Under the pieces are notes generated by a model. That model saw only the letters and a list, made by a program, of their open reading frames with translations. It searched no databases and was not told the origin of the DNA. The position numbers were made by a program, and so were the translations under genes. Below are positions 11,525 through 24,800 of a stretch of DNA of 64,000 nt, in pieces; position 1 is the first letter of the stretch; each line of letters starts with the position of its first letter. The DNA comes from Lytechinus pictus. Taxonomy: Eukaryota. The DNA is taken from the NCBI RefSeq assembly GCF_037042905.1, contig NC_087255.1:28458001-28522000 (forward strand), written 5' to 3'.

Positions 11525-14500
11525 ATATACTCTAAAAGACTCTCACTAAAAGAAATAAGTTGATAGCCTAACTTTATTCAATTTCATGTTCATTGTCTCT
11601 ATTCCTTTTCATGCGAACTATAATTCCCAGCCAAACGGAAAGCCAACAAACAATTAAGGCTTAATGGAAAAAAAAGGAATCGAAAGAGAAAATCATTTTC
11701 ATTAGAAGTACTGCTGACTTGCTTCATTTTGGCACGAAGGGACGTGTGAAACTCCGGAAAAATGAAACAGTGTTTGCTCAAGTATATGAATTCATTATTT
11801 TACTTGCTCTATCTGATATAAGAGGCTTAAGAGCGTCAATCGACACCAAAATATTTTTTTCAAGATTTTGATGTTTAAGTTTGACAATTCTTTAAAGTAC
11901 ATGTATGATATTTTGTATACACACTGTAGTGCTATAAATCTGCTAACGATTGTTTATCTTCTGGAATGCACGTGAAGCTGACACGTGATCATGATGAGGA
12001 ATGTGTTTCATTAAACATGTTTATATATACATGTATATATATATATATATGCAACAAAAAAGTAAGTCCCCCCTTAAACAAACATCAATAATTTCCGAAC
12101 CAATGCGAGTTTTTAATATATTTTTACATGAGCCTGTAGGTAATTTTATAAGATAGCCTATGAGTAAATGTTATGGACGTATTTTACGTCATGCATGCTT
12201 CATTGAGCACCGTCAGAAGGCAAAAAAATTCACTTTTTAATGTGAAAATGTGAACATAAGAAGGTTTTTTTTTGTAATAAACGAGATGCGTATTGACCAA
12301 ACAATCAATGCGATCCCACTTCTTTTCCCCCGTTCTCCCTTTCTTTATATTCTTTATCTGGCTCTTCCCCTCTTACTCCCTCTCCCTCTCTGTCTTTCTC
12401 TGTCTAATCTTTCACAGAGATGGTAAGCGAATTTGCAATACTAATATTACAGAATAACATTCCTCATTATTATAAATGAAACGTCATAAGTGTGTCGCAA
12501 TATCATCAGCAACACATTCAAAATAAAGAGTGTTTGTAACCCGGGGTTTGTAATCTAACAAAGTGCAACATGAGATAATCAGTGAGACCATACAACGCCT
12601 CAAATGTCAAATGACTGGTGAAAATCTATTAGAAAATGTAAATATCAAGAAATAACTTACGAACAAGATCTGCACCTCGTAATGGACACAGCTTAAGGTA
12701 GATGCTAATGAATGCAGAAGCGCACCCCAATCACGAACAAAATATGGCCGAGCTATATGATATGGATGGTGGACATCATTGTTTGTCTGCCATTTATACC
12801 AGGTCGAGAGATTTGTACCAGGCACCGGTGAATAATATTTGGGGATATACACCGCTGAACGCCAACAAAAGATTTCCCTATTTCATATTTGCAATAGAGA
12901 ACAGCTCGATCGAATTTCAAAGTAATCATAATGCATTGTGATGTGTGCATTACTATAATAGATCGAGAGCAGAGCAATGGTGGCTGGGGTGGGTCAGGAG
13001 CAACATTCACCTGTATTAATAATGATAATCTGAGCATAATGCATTGTCACTCCGATCGTGAAATCGCAATGGTAGACTGCTTTCGGTCATATTGTGCTAT
13101 AAGAGCAGAATAAAACTAGACCTCATGCATAGCATGCAGGATTAATTTTATAGGAGAGAGAATAAGATGTGCAGGGTGAAATGTTATTGATTAAAACGGT
13201 ACTGGAAAAGGGAAAGGGGGTTAAACTGATGTAAATATAAGTACAAATATAAGAAGACTTTTTCATGCTTTGTATTCAATGTTCATTAAAAAAAGAAGCG
13301 TAAAGATTTTTTTTTAAGAATTCAATAAATAATTTCATGATCAGTGAGTCACCAAAAAAATATCAGACATGTCGGAGTAACTTAAAAAACCAATGTTCTA
13401 TTCCATGGTAACTAATTTTATAGTGTGTGCCTCAAATTATACACCGTGTACCACAAATATTGCTAATGACACTCTAGATTGGCATGATATTAAAATGACA
13501 GTATTACATTGTTTATATCTTCACACCAGTAAACTGCAATTCATTTTCTACAAATGAATGAATTAATGTGATATGGTCCAATAATCACAAAAGTATGATC
13601 CTTTTTTCATTACACATCAGGAATTAACCTGTCAATCCAATGTTTGTATTAAGTAGTATGTGTAGCCAGGTTCAGCTAACAAGTTTTTTTATCTATTCAA
13701 AACAAACAGGGCGTGGATGAAGCATTTCTAGATTTTATTTTAAAAATATTCTTTTTTACACAATAATTTATTTTTGTTTATGAAAAGAATAAATTTGAAT
13801 AATGTAAATACGGAATTATTCAAGATGAGATCATGGATTTAAAAAACGCGTTAATTAATTTCCTTGTAGTTATTGTTGATTAAACATATCGTGACAATTT
13901 TTCTTAAACCTTCATTTTTATATTCAGTTTGAGTATGGGCCCACAAGTTGTGGGCTCAAAATCTAAAAAAAAATGAAATAAATGAGTGAATGAAGACGTA
14001 ATTAAACTACGTATTTTTATTCAACGTAATAACAAAAGTTGGATTGAGAGGTATCCTGATCAGTGTTGAAAGAAGGCTCATAGCTCTGTGTTTAATGAAT
14101 CATATCCCATGAAATTCAAGCCAGTTGTATGAAATGAATGCTAGCTGAAGATGATAGAGTTATGTAAAATATGTTTAGGTAATTTTCATTAAGAGTGCCA
14201 TTGTGGGACACGATGCATAACATATTAGGCATTCGTGGAATTGCTGTGAATTGTGTTCTATATAATATAATGCTCATTAACTAATTAAACGAAATGGATA
14301 ACGAAATATATAATTACACAGTAAATTTTATCAACGCTCTCTCCAAATCATCTTAGTTATTCCAATACAATATGTCATGTCATTTTTTTTCCAAGGTCCC
14401 ATAGAAGATCACTGGCGCAAGGGGAATCCAGCCCAAACAAAGGTTTTTTTTAATAGAGAAAAATAAAAAATCAGACAAGTAGATAGGTCAGAGTTTGAAC

Positions 14501-15975
14501 TATATCAGACAACCAATGAGAAAGTTCTGAATTTTTAAAAGTTGTAAAAATTAGTAATCACTAATTTGAAGTCACCTTGGAGACTTCAAATTGGCCGCAT
14601 AGGTGATGCCATGGTGATCTGTATAAGCAAAGGACTATATTTTTGTCCAATGACATGAAATGGATAAAATGCATTTTCCAAAAAGTTTACTTAAAATCAT
14701 ACTTTCTTTCATGAGAACATAAAAATAATATACTTCCAGTGTAATATTTTGATCACTGCCCCGGGTGAATAAGTTAGGTGGACTCTGCTGACAAAAGATT
14801 AGAAATAGATCTGTTTGCAGACAGTACCAGTGTATTCATGTCGTACTGCCGTGTATTTTTAGTTTCAACAATAAACAGCCAGGACGATGGTCGTTTCGTT
14901 TTTTATACCCCGCCCTTTATCGCAGTTTCTTCATTCTCTGCCTCAATCAATATATCTATCTTGCTCTATTTCTCTGGCTTTACCCCTCCCCGTTTCTCTT
15001 CCCCTTTCTCAATATCTCGCTCCCTCTCTCTCTCTTGCTGTATATCTTCTCTTTCTCTCTTCACCCTCTTTATCATGACATGTTTATGAATAACTCGAGA
15101 AAATATAGTTGTTATGCATTCATGTAAGTGATGAAATAAATGACAGTTTAGGCTGATTCTTCTTGAAATAGTTCAATATATATTCATCAATAACCATGAT
15201 AACAATCACATCTGATGTGATATTACAGGTTCAAATGTCATTATCAAAATACATCTCTACAGCCAAACCAATACAATTCCATTTCTATCACAGGGTATCA
15301 AAGCGACCCTTTAATTGAGATGGTTTGGTCATAATAAGGCTAATAACTACAGTAGCCTTTATAACTAGTCACGCTGGCTCTGAACATGTACACGAATATT
15401 TATATTCAGGTGGCAATTCAAGACAAGTTGGCAATTTGCATGTATTCATTTTTTTTGCAAGAATATTCGAGCATAAATACCAATTAACCAATGATGGATC
15501 CCGAAGTAACCAGTATGAGGGGACACAGGGGCCAACATATTCATCCAAAATGCTGTGGTGGGCAAACAGTGTTATCACTATCACCCCTCTTGACACAAGG
15601 GGTGGGGCCACCAAAAAAATGTTCTGCACATTTTCTATTGTCTTTTCCCAAAATTTTCAAATATACTCCTCAAAGGGCGAGGCAACAGACCTTCCCTACC
15701 TGCCTCCCCCCCCCCCCCCCGATTCGCCACTATGTTTAATATTACAAATCACAAATCTTAGATTTTTCTGTGCTAATTTATACATATATTGATACATTTA
15801 AAACGCGATTCAGTGGGTTTTGTTTATGTTAAGTGTCCAGACACCAACTCAATCAACAATTACAACATGCAAAACGCAAGTTGGAGTATATCTTACTAAT
15901 CTATTGCTGCATTGGCATTCATATCAAGATACCAAATATAATTTTGATGAGAGCTTACACAAATTACCCAATACA

Positions 15976-16284
15976 GGCCCGTATCCTGAAGTCGGGTTTC
16001 ATTTAAACTCAGGTTTAAAGTTGTGGTTTAAGTATGGAAAGCTAATTGTGACTTAAATCACTAACAGTAGAGATAAAATATTGCAGCTCATTTGACTCTC
16101 AAATCATTCTCAATTGTCTAGGAATTATGAATAGATAATTGTCTTCACCATTGAAGAATCAGGAAAGAGCGCAGTTAATGTAAGAAACATACAATGCAAT
16201 ACACATTTTGACACTTTTGGCTTCCCATAATTTTAGACCATTTTAGACCATGGTCTAAGTTAAACCTGACTTCAGAATACAGAG
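15976..16284. mobile_element. Second copy (inverted) of the 11231 MITE family
   Basis: ggcccgtatcctgaagtcggg ... cctgacttcagaatac; interior matches the reverse complement of 11231-11524. Confidence 0.75.
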
Positions 16285-16471
16285 TTTACATTAGACATTT
16301 ACATGGTACATACTTTTACAAAATACACAAATACTCCAAACATATGACAGCATGTAATTTACACATAAAGGAGTTCACATCAACATCATTCTTCCATTCA
16401 GTGCACAGAATGACAGAAATATCTTGTACATCCATTTCTGAGCAAGAGATGTGATGGTTGGATGTTAAAGG

Positions 16472-16907
16472 CCCGGGGGGGCCAGTCAAATATATTGATG
16501 TACACACCCGTGACCAAGTAATTTCCAAACACACCCTAAACGAGTTTTTTTCTGTGTGCAAAATAACCCCCTAAAAACAAGTTTTTCGCGGGCTTTATTT
16601 ACACATTTTGGCCCCTAAACAAGTTGTCGCCAAAATATGACCTCGGGGAAAAAACATACCCTGAACACGTTTGGCTTGCCTTTAAAAAAAAAAGCTTTGG
16701 GGAAAAATATATACCCTAAGTAAGTTTGAACCCACGGTTGACCATTGACCAGTCTTTCAAAACCACCCTTTTTCTTGAAATTGGTGTTTTTGACACCCTT
16801 AACGAGTCCACGCGCGGACCGCGTCCAAAACTGAAAAAAACACCCCTTTAAACGCGTTTTTTTTGTGACGCGTGTGTACAGCAATATATTTGACTTGCCC
16901 CCCCGGG
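16472..16907. mobile_element. CCCGGG-terminated non-autonomous DNA transposon, 8-bp TSD
   Basis: TIR cccgggggggccagtcaaatatattg / caatatatttgacttgcccc...ggg; gttaaagg at 16464-16471 and 16908-16915. Confidence 0.88.
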
Positions 16908-17935
16908 GTTAAAGGTGATTATCAAACACTAAATATATCAAGATGTACATAAATTGCCTTTTAGAAAGGACATTCTCATTTAACAATTATAAACTATGTA
17001 TTTATAAACAAAACACAGCAGGAAACAAACACATTAACACAAGCTTAAAATAATTAACATGAATAATCTTTGATCTTATCATTAAGATTTTTAAAGTGAA
17101 TTTCAGTAAAAGTCAATCATTGGATTCTAGTTACACTAGAGTGAATAATAATTAGAATTCATTCACTATATTGCAACCAATCATAAATATTATATAACAG
17201 CTAATAATCACCTCCTATTATGGATAATTACTTAATCTAAAATGTGATAATTTTTGGTCTATAATATTTTGTTTTATATTTAAGAAATACTATTATATCC
17301 ACTACGTCAAGAAATTCAACATTTTGAACATACAATGTAGTACTTCTACGATACAACTACTAGTAAAAGTCAATTGTTAATTCTATTTTCTATTACCACA
17401 CTATGAAGTCCTGGATATGAAAAAAATTACAAGTAAAAAAATATGGGTCTATGTATTCTAATGAATTGCCAGTGAATTTCAACATATTGATCCAAATTTG
17501 TCAAAAAATGGAACACTTCATATTTGATTTTATGTTATTGTTTCTTCTGCATTCATATTCGTATAATACATTTTTCCATAATTTAACAAACGTATACATT
17601 AATAACAAACTGTTTTTGGCATGCATCATAGAGAAAAAATATATCATTCTAAACAAAATATGATCTACTTCCAAATTATTATAATAATTTGGTGATTTTT
17701 GGGTTAAGCCACAGTCACAGCAGTGAAACTGACTACAAAGGTTAGTGATTGATCGTATGTTAGATTTTCATGACTGATTGTAAATTGTAGTCAATGGAAT
17801 CAATCATAGAAAAACGTTTTACGATCATTGCTAAGCTCTGTGTTACGGGTCCAAGACCTTACTTTTATTTTAAATAGCATATTATGAGTTGGTTTCCTTG
17901 GTGTGTCTTGAGCATAATCATTCATCTTCAACTCT

Positions 17936-18316
17936 GGTGGGAGTTTCATAAAGCTGTTTGTAAGTTACGAGCGACTTTACGAACGACTAGTGATCCTTCC
18001 TTGTGGTAAGTGTTACCCACAAAATTTACATTGGCATTGATTAAGTACCTAAGAAAGGGTCACAAGTCGTTTGTAAAGTCCCTCTTATCTTACGAACAGC
18101 TTTATGAAACACTCATCTGGCACATTTGCTCCAATACCAGTCCTGGTGGGAGTTTCATAAAGTTGTTCGTAAGTTAAGAACGACTCTAAGAACGACTGGT
18201 GATCCTTTCTTGTGGTAAATGGTATTCATTGGCGATGGTGTAGCGCGTAAGAAAGAATCACCAGTCATCCTTAAAGTAGCTCTTAACTTACGAACAGCTT
18301 TATGAAGCGGCCCCCT
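17936..18316. mobile_element. Two adjacent copies of a ~175-bp palindromic MITE
   Basis: ggtgggagtttcataaag ... ctttatgaa(a/g)c units at about 17936-18118 and 18144-18316. Confidence 0.7.
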
Positions 18317-18815
18317 GTTACACAATAACTAGTAATTGATCGCATTATTGGCTTTCATGATTGATTGGACATATCAGCAATATCATAAATATCAGTCCTA
18401 CAGGTATTAGCAATCACTAAACTTTGTACTATGGGGCCCCAGGGGGCTGTTTCATAATGCTGTTTGTAAGTTATGCATGATTTTAGCATGACTGGTGACC
18501 CATACTACATATAGGACATATCCTAGGTAGCTGTTTTACCATCTCAGAACATGTTCCAATGCTGCTTAATGTCATGTATAAGCCATAGGTTTACCAACAT
18601 AATATATATATATATGATTATGATAAATTATCTCGGGTACGTTTCATAAAACATTTAATAATACAAAATTTACAATAACGGTAAAAGTTACTGAAATCCT
18701 TCAATCTGATTGGCTGATAGTACATTTGTTGTAGAAATTGTGCACTTGGGCCCCTGGATCAGTATTTCAGAAGAGCACTTGTATGCTTGCATCTTAGGTA
18801 GGTATTAGGTGAGAT

Positions 18816-21800
18816 TTAGTCCTGTTTTGATGCCTTAGTCCTGGCTGCTTCGATATCCTCAAAGGTTGGAAGACCATTGGGTAGTGATAGGATAGAAGGT
18901 TCTTCGTTCAAGATGCATTCAGCTTCATCTGTTGAAACAAAAAAAAAGCAATCATGATGGGGATCCAGAGTGATGCCAGTGTATTTTGTTATGGGTGGGA
19001 TGACTTACAAGTGACATCGTTTTTTAAATCAGTTGAAAAAATTGAAATAATCAGTGTATCACAGAGTCACACCACCTAGACTTTTTTAACTCTTTTTCAT
19101 CCTTTTTCTCTATCTCTTTTCCAAATTTGTTCTTTCATATTTCTCTTTTTTTGGTGAATTATTTTGGTATTATTACTACTTGCAAAAAAAAATCATGGGG
19201 GTTACCCCTCCCCCTCCCAATCAAGCACTTCCCTAGATGAGTGTGATGATGAATAATGATAGACAGCATATATATCAAGTCAGCTGCAAAGTGTAATTCC
19301 GCAACAACAGCCTCATTATGATTAAAATTAGGAAGATTAAATGAGAACTTACCTGTTTGAAATTTAATCTTTATTTTATAAGTAAGTCGTAGAGAAGAGA
19401 CTACATGTCTCATCGGGAATAATATGAGATCCCGCTGATCACGTGCGTGTCAATCTTAAAAGCAGTACAAGGCTACAGGTGAATTATAGGAAGATGAAGA
19501 TGTTGAGAACTTGCCTAAATAAAACTATGTAAGTCGCAGAGTGGGAGAGGAGGGATGTAGTCTCTTCTCTACGACTTACTTATAAAATAAAGATTAAATT
19601 TCAAACAGGTAAGTTCTCATTTAATCTTCCTATTTTACTACGTAAGCCTCCGATTGAGACTACATGTCTCATCGGGAATAATATGAGATTTCAAAGCCCT
19701 GTAGACTTGTACGTAGTAATACCTCTGTAAGCCTATCAAGGCATCCAACAACAGAAAAACTCCCCAAAAAGTATGGGCCTACATGTACCTGTACAAATGT
19801 AGTTCAAGACTAATTCACCTTGTGAAGTCAATGTTTCAAAACTGCCTGCGAAAATTGACCAGTATTCTGCAAAGGTTTGCAATAAAAAGTTTGGAATGTC
19901 TTCTCTGACACCCAACCTGCTCTAGACATAATCTCTGATACAGGTACCTCACTTCGTTGTGCTGCCGAAGTAGAAGCTGCTCTCGTAGAGTGAGCATGAA
20001 ATAACTCTGTGTCGATACCTGCCTCATGCATGACAGTCTTGATCCAACGTGCTATTGTTTGCTTTGTAGCACGATGATGGGGCTTCTTACATGTTACTAA
20101 CAAGTGTCTCTCCATGCCCCGCAGATTCTTTGTCCGTTGCACATATTCTTTCATATAGTTCATTATGCACAATCTCCTATCAGGAGGGTAAGCTTTAAGT
20201 GTTACATTGAGTCCTGTATTTCCAGGCTTATTTTGCTTCAGTGTATTTTCAAACGCAATCTCAACTGACGATTTATTCCACCTCATCCTGTCCAGGTGAA
20301 TGACATGTAGAGACTGCACTCTTTGTGCAGAAACAAGTGCTATCAACATAGTCAATTTCTGCTTTAGTTGCTTCAGATTAAGTGCCTTAGCTGGAGATAG
20401 CTTCCTGAGATAGTTCATTACCACTTTGACATCCCATATAGAAGAGTAACGGGGTGCAGGCGGACTCAGATGGAAGACTCCTTTCATAAATCTGTTAACA
20501 AGAGGATGCGACCCAAGAGGTTGGCATCCATCTAGGGCACTTCTAGCTGTATTTAGGCTGCTATAACCAACCTTCTCTTCGTCCAACATAAATGTGAGAA
20601 AGGCAAGAACATCACAAACTTTGACTTGTAAATAATTAATGTGTCTCTTGGCACAAAACTTTTTCCATTTCCTTATGTACACCTGGTACTGTGACTTGGT
20701 GGATCCTTTCCACGAAGCTGCTATAACATCTATTGTCCTTTGTGTGAGGCCTTGTTTGGCATAGAGTCCGCTCCAAGCCTGCAACATAAAAGTGATAAGT
20801 GATTATTCAAAGGATGTGGGGTACCTGTGACTGGCTGACATAATAATGTTTTATTCTTTCGAACCAGCATGGGTTCCTCTACCAGCATACTGTTAAGAAC
20901 AGGGAACCAAACTTGTGTTGGCCAGTTTGGTACAACCAATATCCCACATGCCTTATCCTTCTGAATCTTTTGCAAACACAAAGGTATCATACTAAAAGGA
21001 GGGAAAGCATAAAATTCCCATTGGCCCCAATCAACAGTGAAGGCATCTACGGCCAAGGCCTCTGGATCAGGCCTCCAAGAAATGTACCTGTTAACCTGTT
21101 TATTCAGGCGGGAGGCAAACAAATCGATTTCTGGTATGCCAAATCTCTCTACTATTTTTTGGAATATCCTCTTATTCAACATCCATTCTGTACTATCAGA
21201 GAATTTCCGTGACATACGATCTGCCTCAATATTCAATCTTCCAGGTAAATGAGCAGCTGTAAGCCAGATGTCATTATTGATACACCATTTCCAAATATTA
21301 ATGGCTGCTCTATTACATTCCGGCGACTTTGTGCCACCCATATTATTCAAGTATGCTACAGCTGTGGTATTGTCTGTCCTTACCAGTACATGAATGTTCT
21401 TTTTCTCTGAGCAAAAGGCTTTCAGCCCATGGCTAACAGCTATTGTTTCTAGCACATTAATTTTATTTTGATTGGCCAGTGCCATTTCTTCACTGTTCCA
21501 TCTACCACCTGTTGAAAAGGAGAGATCTGTTGCCCCCCAACCTTTTCCACTAGCATCTGTATGAATTTCCACATCTGGTTTTGCCCTCTGCATGGGGTTG
21601 AATTGCGAATCAATGTTAAATATCCACCACTGCAATTCATAGATGCTTTCTCTTGATAGTGTCATTTGCCTATCAAAATGTCCCTTGTTCTTTGCAAGGG
21701 CAAATATCTTGTCTTTCTCCAACGCTCTGTAAAAGAGAGGACCATATTGTACAGCTGGACAAGATGCTACTAATTGTCCAATTACCCTTGCAACTTTCCT

Positions 21801-24800
21801 AGTCTGCGGATTCTGATTACCCATCAATTCACGACAAGATTGTTTAATGTTTTCTTGCTTCTCCCTTGGAAGCCTGACACTCATGTCTCGGGTGTTCAGA
21901 TTGAACCCCAGAAAGGTGATTTCACAAGTAGGATCTAAAACAGACTTTTCAGGGTGAATAATAAAACCCAACTCTGAAAGCAATGTAGTAGTTGCTTTAA
22001 CTGCTGCCTCTGATTTCTTAGCAGTTTTGGCTATAATAAGAGTGTCATCTAGATATCCAATTACAATATGGCCTTTCTCCCTGAGCGACGCAAAGACAGG
22101 TTTAAGCAGTTTTGTAAAAAGCCTTGGTGCCGAGCTAAGCCCATTGGGTAATGCTTGAAATTGCCATAATTTTCCCTGCCATACAAATCTCAGATATTTT
22201 CTAGACTCAGGGTGAATAGGTACCGTGAAATATGCATCTCGAAGGTCGACTGAAGCTAAATAATCATCTTGAGAAATGAGGGGTAGAGCTGTTCTAATAT
22301 TGTCCATCTTAAAATGGCAATATGAAATGCTTTTGTTCAATTCTGACAGATCTAATATGATCCGCAGGCCGCCATTTTTCTTTGGCCTTGTGAAAATATT
22401 CGATATAAATTCCCCTTTTATATGATCACATGATTCTATAACATTTTTCTCCAGCAGTTTATTTATCTCTTCTGTAATCACTGCTGTTTCCTCTGAATTT
22501 CTTTTAAACTCATGAAGGGGTTTTTCCCTTCTAGGGGGAAATTTTAGTGGATCAAATTCAAGCTTGTAACCCTGTACAGCTTGTAAAATAAATGAATCAG
22601 ATGTAAGCTCTCCCCATTTATGAGCATAAAGCTTCAGTCGACCTCCGACTGGAAAATCATAATTCTGTGTAGATCTAGGTAGATTGGAAGTCTTTCCTAC
22701 CTTGTCAAAATCTGGTAGTTTCTCTACTTTCTGCCCTGCCCTTGGCTGGACTCTCTGAACTGTGGGGCTTGATGTCCCTCCCGAGCTGCTGTCGGTGTGA
22801 ATGTGTGAGGGACCTGTGGAGCTCTTCTCCTCCACTGGGTTCGCTGGCCTAAAAAAGGTCTTGACGCACTGCCTGGTGAGTCAGAGTAGGATGTCCGCGA
22901 CGTCCAACCAGCTTCTTTATATCTACGTTCATGCCCTTGGCTTGGATAAGGTCTATATGATGGTTTCGGTTTTTTATAACCACCTTTCATAACTCCAGCT
23001 GCCGCTTTATGCTGGTCTTGCAAGTCTTTCACCTGCTTGCCCAGATCATCTCCGAATAGGTACTTTGTTACTGGATTTGTGGGCTTGCAAAGATGAGTAA
23101 ACTTTGTGTTAAGATCTGGCTTTATCAGTTCTTTGCGGAGGGCATTCATCTCAAAATTAGCATTGCATAACAATGCCAAAACGTCCTGTTGTTCAGAGGA
23201 CATGTTATTTGGATCAAGAAGACTGACGTAAGCCGAGATGCCCCTCGTAAGAGATTTTTGGACCCTCTGAAGTTTGACATCCTTGGTACGGACAGAGGCA
23301 GACAAATTGTCCCAAATTGTCTGATTAACTTTCGGAGTGTCAATGACTCTGCAGTTTGACGGGCATGGATATTTGCTGCTGGTCTCATCCAGCACTTTTT
23401 CCTCCAAGTGATGGCTCATTAAGTAATTCACAGAGTTAGCCAATTCTTCCTCAAGAGGTTGCCCAATGTCTGATGCTACCGCAAATTTAGCAGCAAAAGC
23501 TGGAACTTTTAGTGATTCAGTCATCTCCGTGCAAGACTCCAACTCTGCACTTGTGCTCTCATCTTCAACTTCCATAATTCCCTCTGTATGACTTGCGGTG
23601 GAGGCTGTTTCACTGCGACCAAGATCAAAATGTCGCTCTGGCTGTGCATGTCCCATGCCTGCCATATCATCTTGTTTATTGGGAAGAGCCTCCATAAATT
23701 GGCAAAGTAAGCCTTCGAGTCTGTCGAGACGATTGTTCACCATTCCAATTTCATCCTTCGACTTACACGTTTTCGGCCGAGCCGTCGCGACCGCCGAGCG
23801 ATCGCTAGACTTCTGCACCGCCGGAACTCCCCGGGTGCGCTCCGATCCTGTCGTCCCCTTGGCCGCCGCAGCACGGTCAGCCAGACTCACGTTTTCCAAC
23901 TCCATACTCGAAATTTCCGCCGCTACGCGGTCGGAATTCTTGTCCTTTTCCTTTTCCACGGCCACGCCTGCGGAACGTTTATCCTTTAAATCCTTCATAA
24001 TAAGTTTGATTATTCCAAGTTTTAGAATTTCTGCGAAATTCTATGGATTTTTCTACGCTGTGAAAAATCTTTTCCGCTCAATCACAACACGCGCCAATGA
24101 ATTGACACGCACGTGATCAGCGGGATCTCATATTATTCCCGATGAGACATGTAGTCTCAATCGGAGGCTTACGTAGTAAAACAACATATATGTACACGAA
24201 GAGAAAAGGGGAAGGGGGGATGATCATTCATGTCAGTTCAAGAGACTAGTTACACCCCACATGCAGCATGGTGTTCTATGCCCACATAACATAACTCTAC
24301 ACCTTAAAGGGGAAGCGAACTGACCAACCCTGTGTTGTGTTCGGTCTCACAATGGCAGATTGTGTGTTATGCATAGCTAGTCTTAAAATATACCTTTTGA
24401 CATAACCATTAATAAAACATAAGAAATTTGAGATAACCTCTAATAAAACTTTTAAGAAATTAGCCCATGATTTTATTTGTATAGAAAAATTAGAATGTTT
24501 TGAGGAAACAAGTGCAAGTACTTTGTTTGCTACAAAGTTTGGTAAAATCGTTGCGGTGTGAATATATCGAGTTGTGAATCAGTGTTTTATCATTCAAGTG
24601 GGCCTATATCACAAGACTGCATTGCTATGAATGTTGCATTATGGGTTAGAAACCTGGCCAGATTTGAGTAGCTAAGGACTTCAGATGATGCTTTATGAAG
24701 TTGCTGGTTCGCATTTGATTAAAAGCTTATGGAAGATAAAGGTAATTAGAGTTTAATAAATGTACAATAAAGGGTTTATTGAACTTACTTCTTATTCTCT

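Larger units (their letters stand above)
19324..24181 (-). mobile_element. DIRS1-type tyrosine-recombinase retrotransposon, full length, in the last intron of PLGRKT
   Basis: Inverted terminal repeats (about 19397-19454 vs 24101-24168). Internal complementary region at about 19555-19690 joins the complements of both termini. T-run ends, no TSD, three overlapping ORFs (gag, RT/RH/MT, YR). Confidence 0.95.

Noticed and set aside
12045-12941. Possible decayed Tc1/mariner transposase C-terminus
   Set aside because: Only faint similarity across frames; no DDE motif or TIR pair confirmed.
19828-21190. Phage integrase and methylase as bacterial contamination or horizontal transfer
   Set aside because: Both are standard parts of the DIRS1 element bounded by ITR/ICR inside a spliced host gene.
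23598-24116. 172-aa plus-strand ORF
   Set aside because: Antisense shadow of the GC-rich start of DIRS ORF1.
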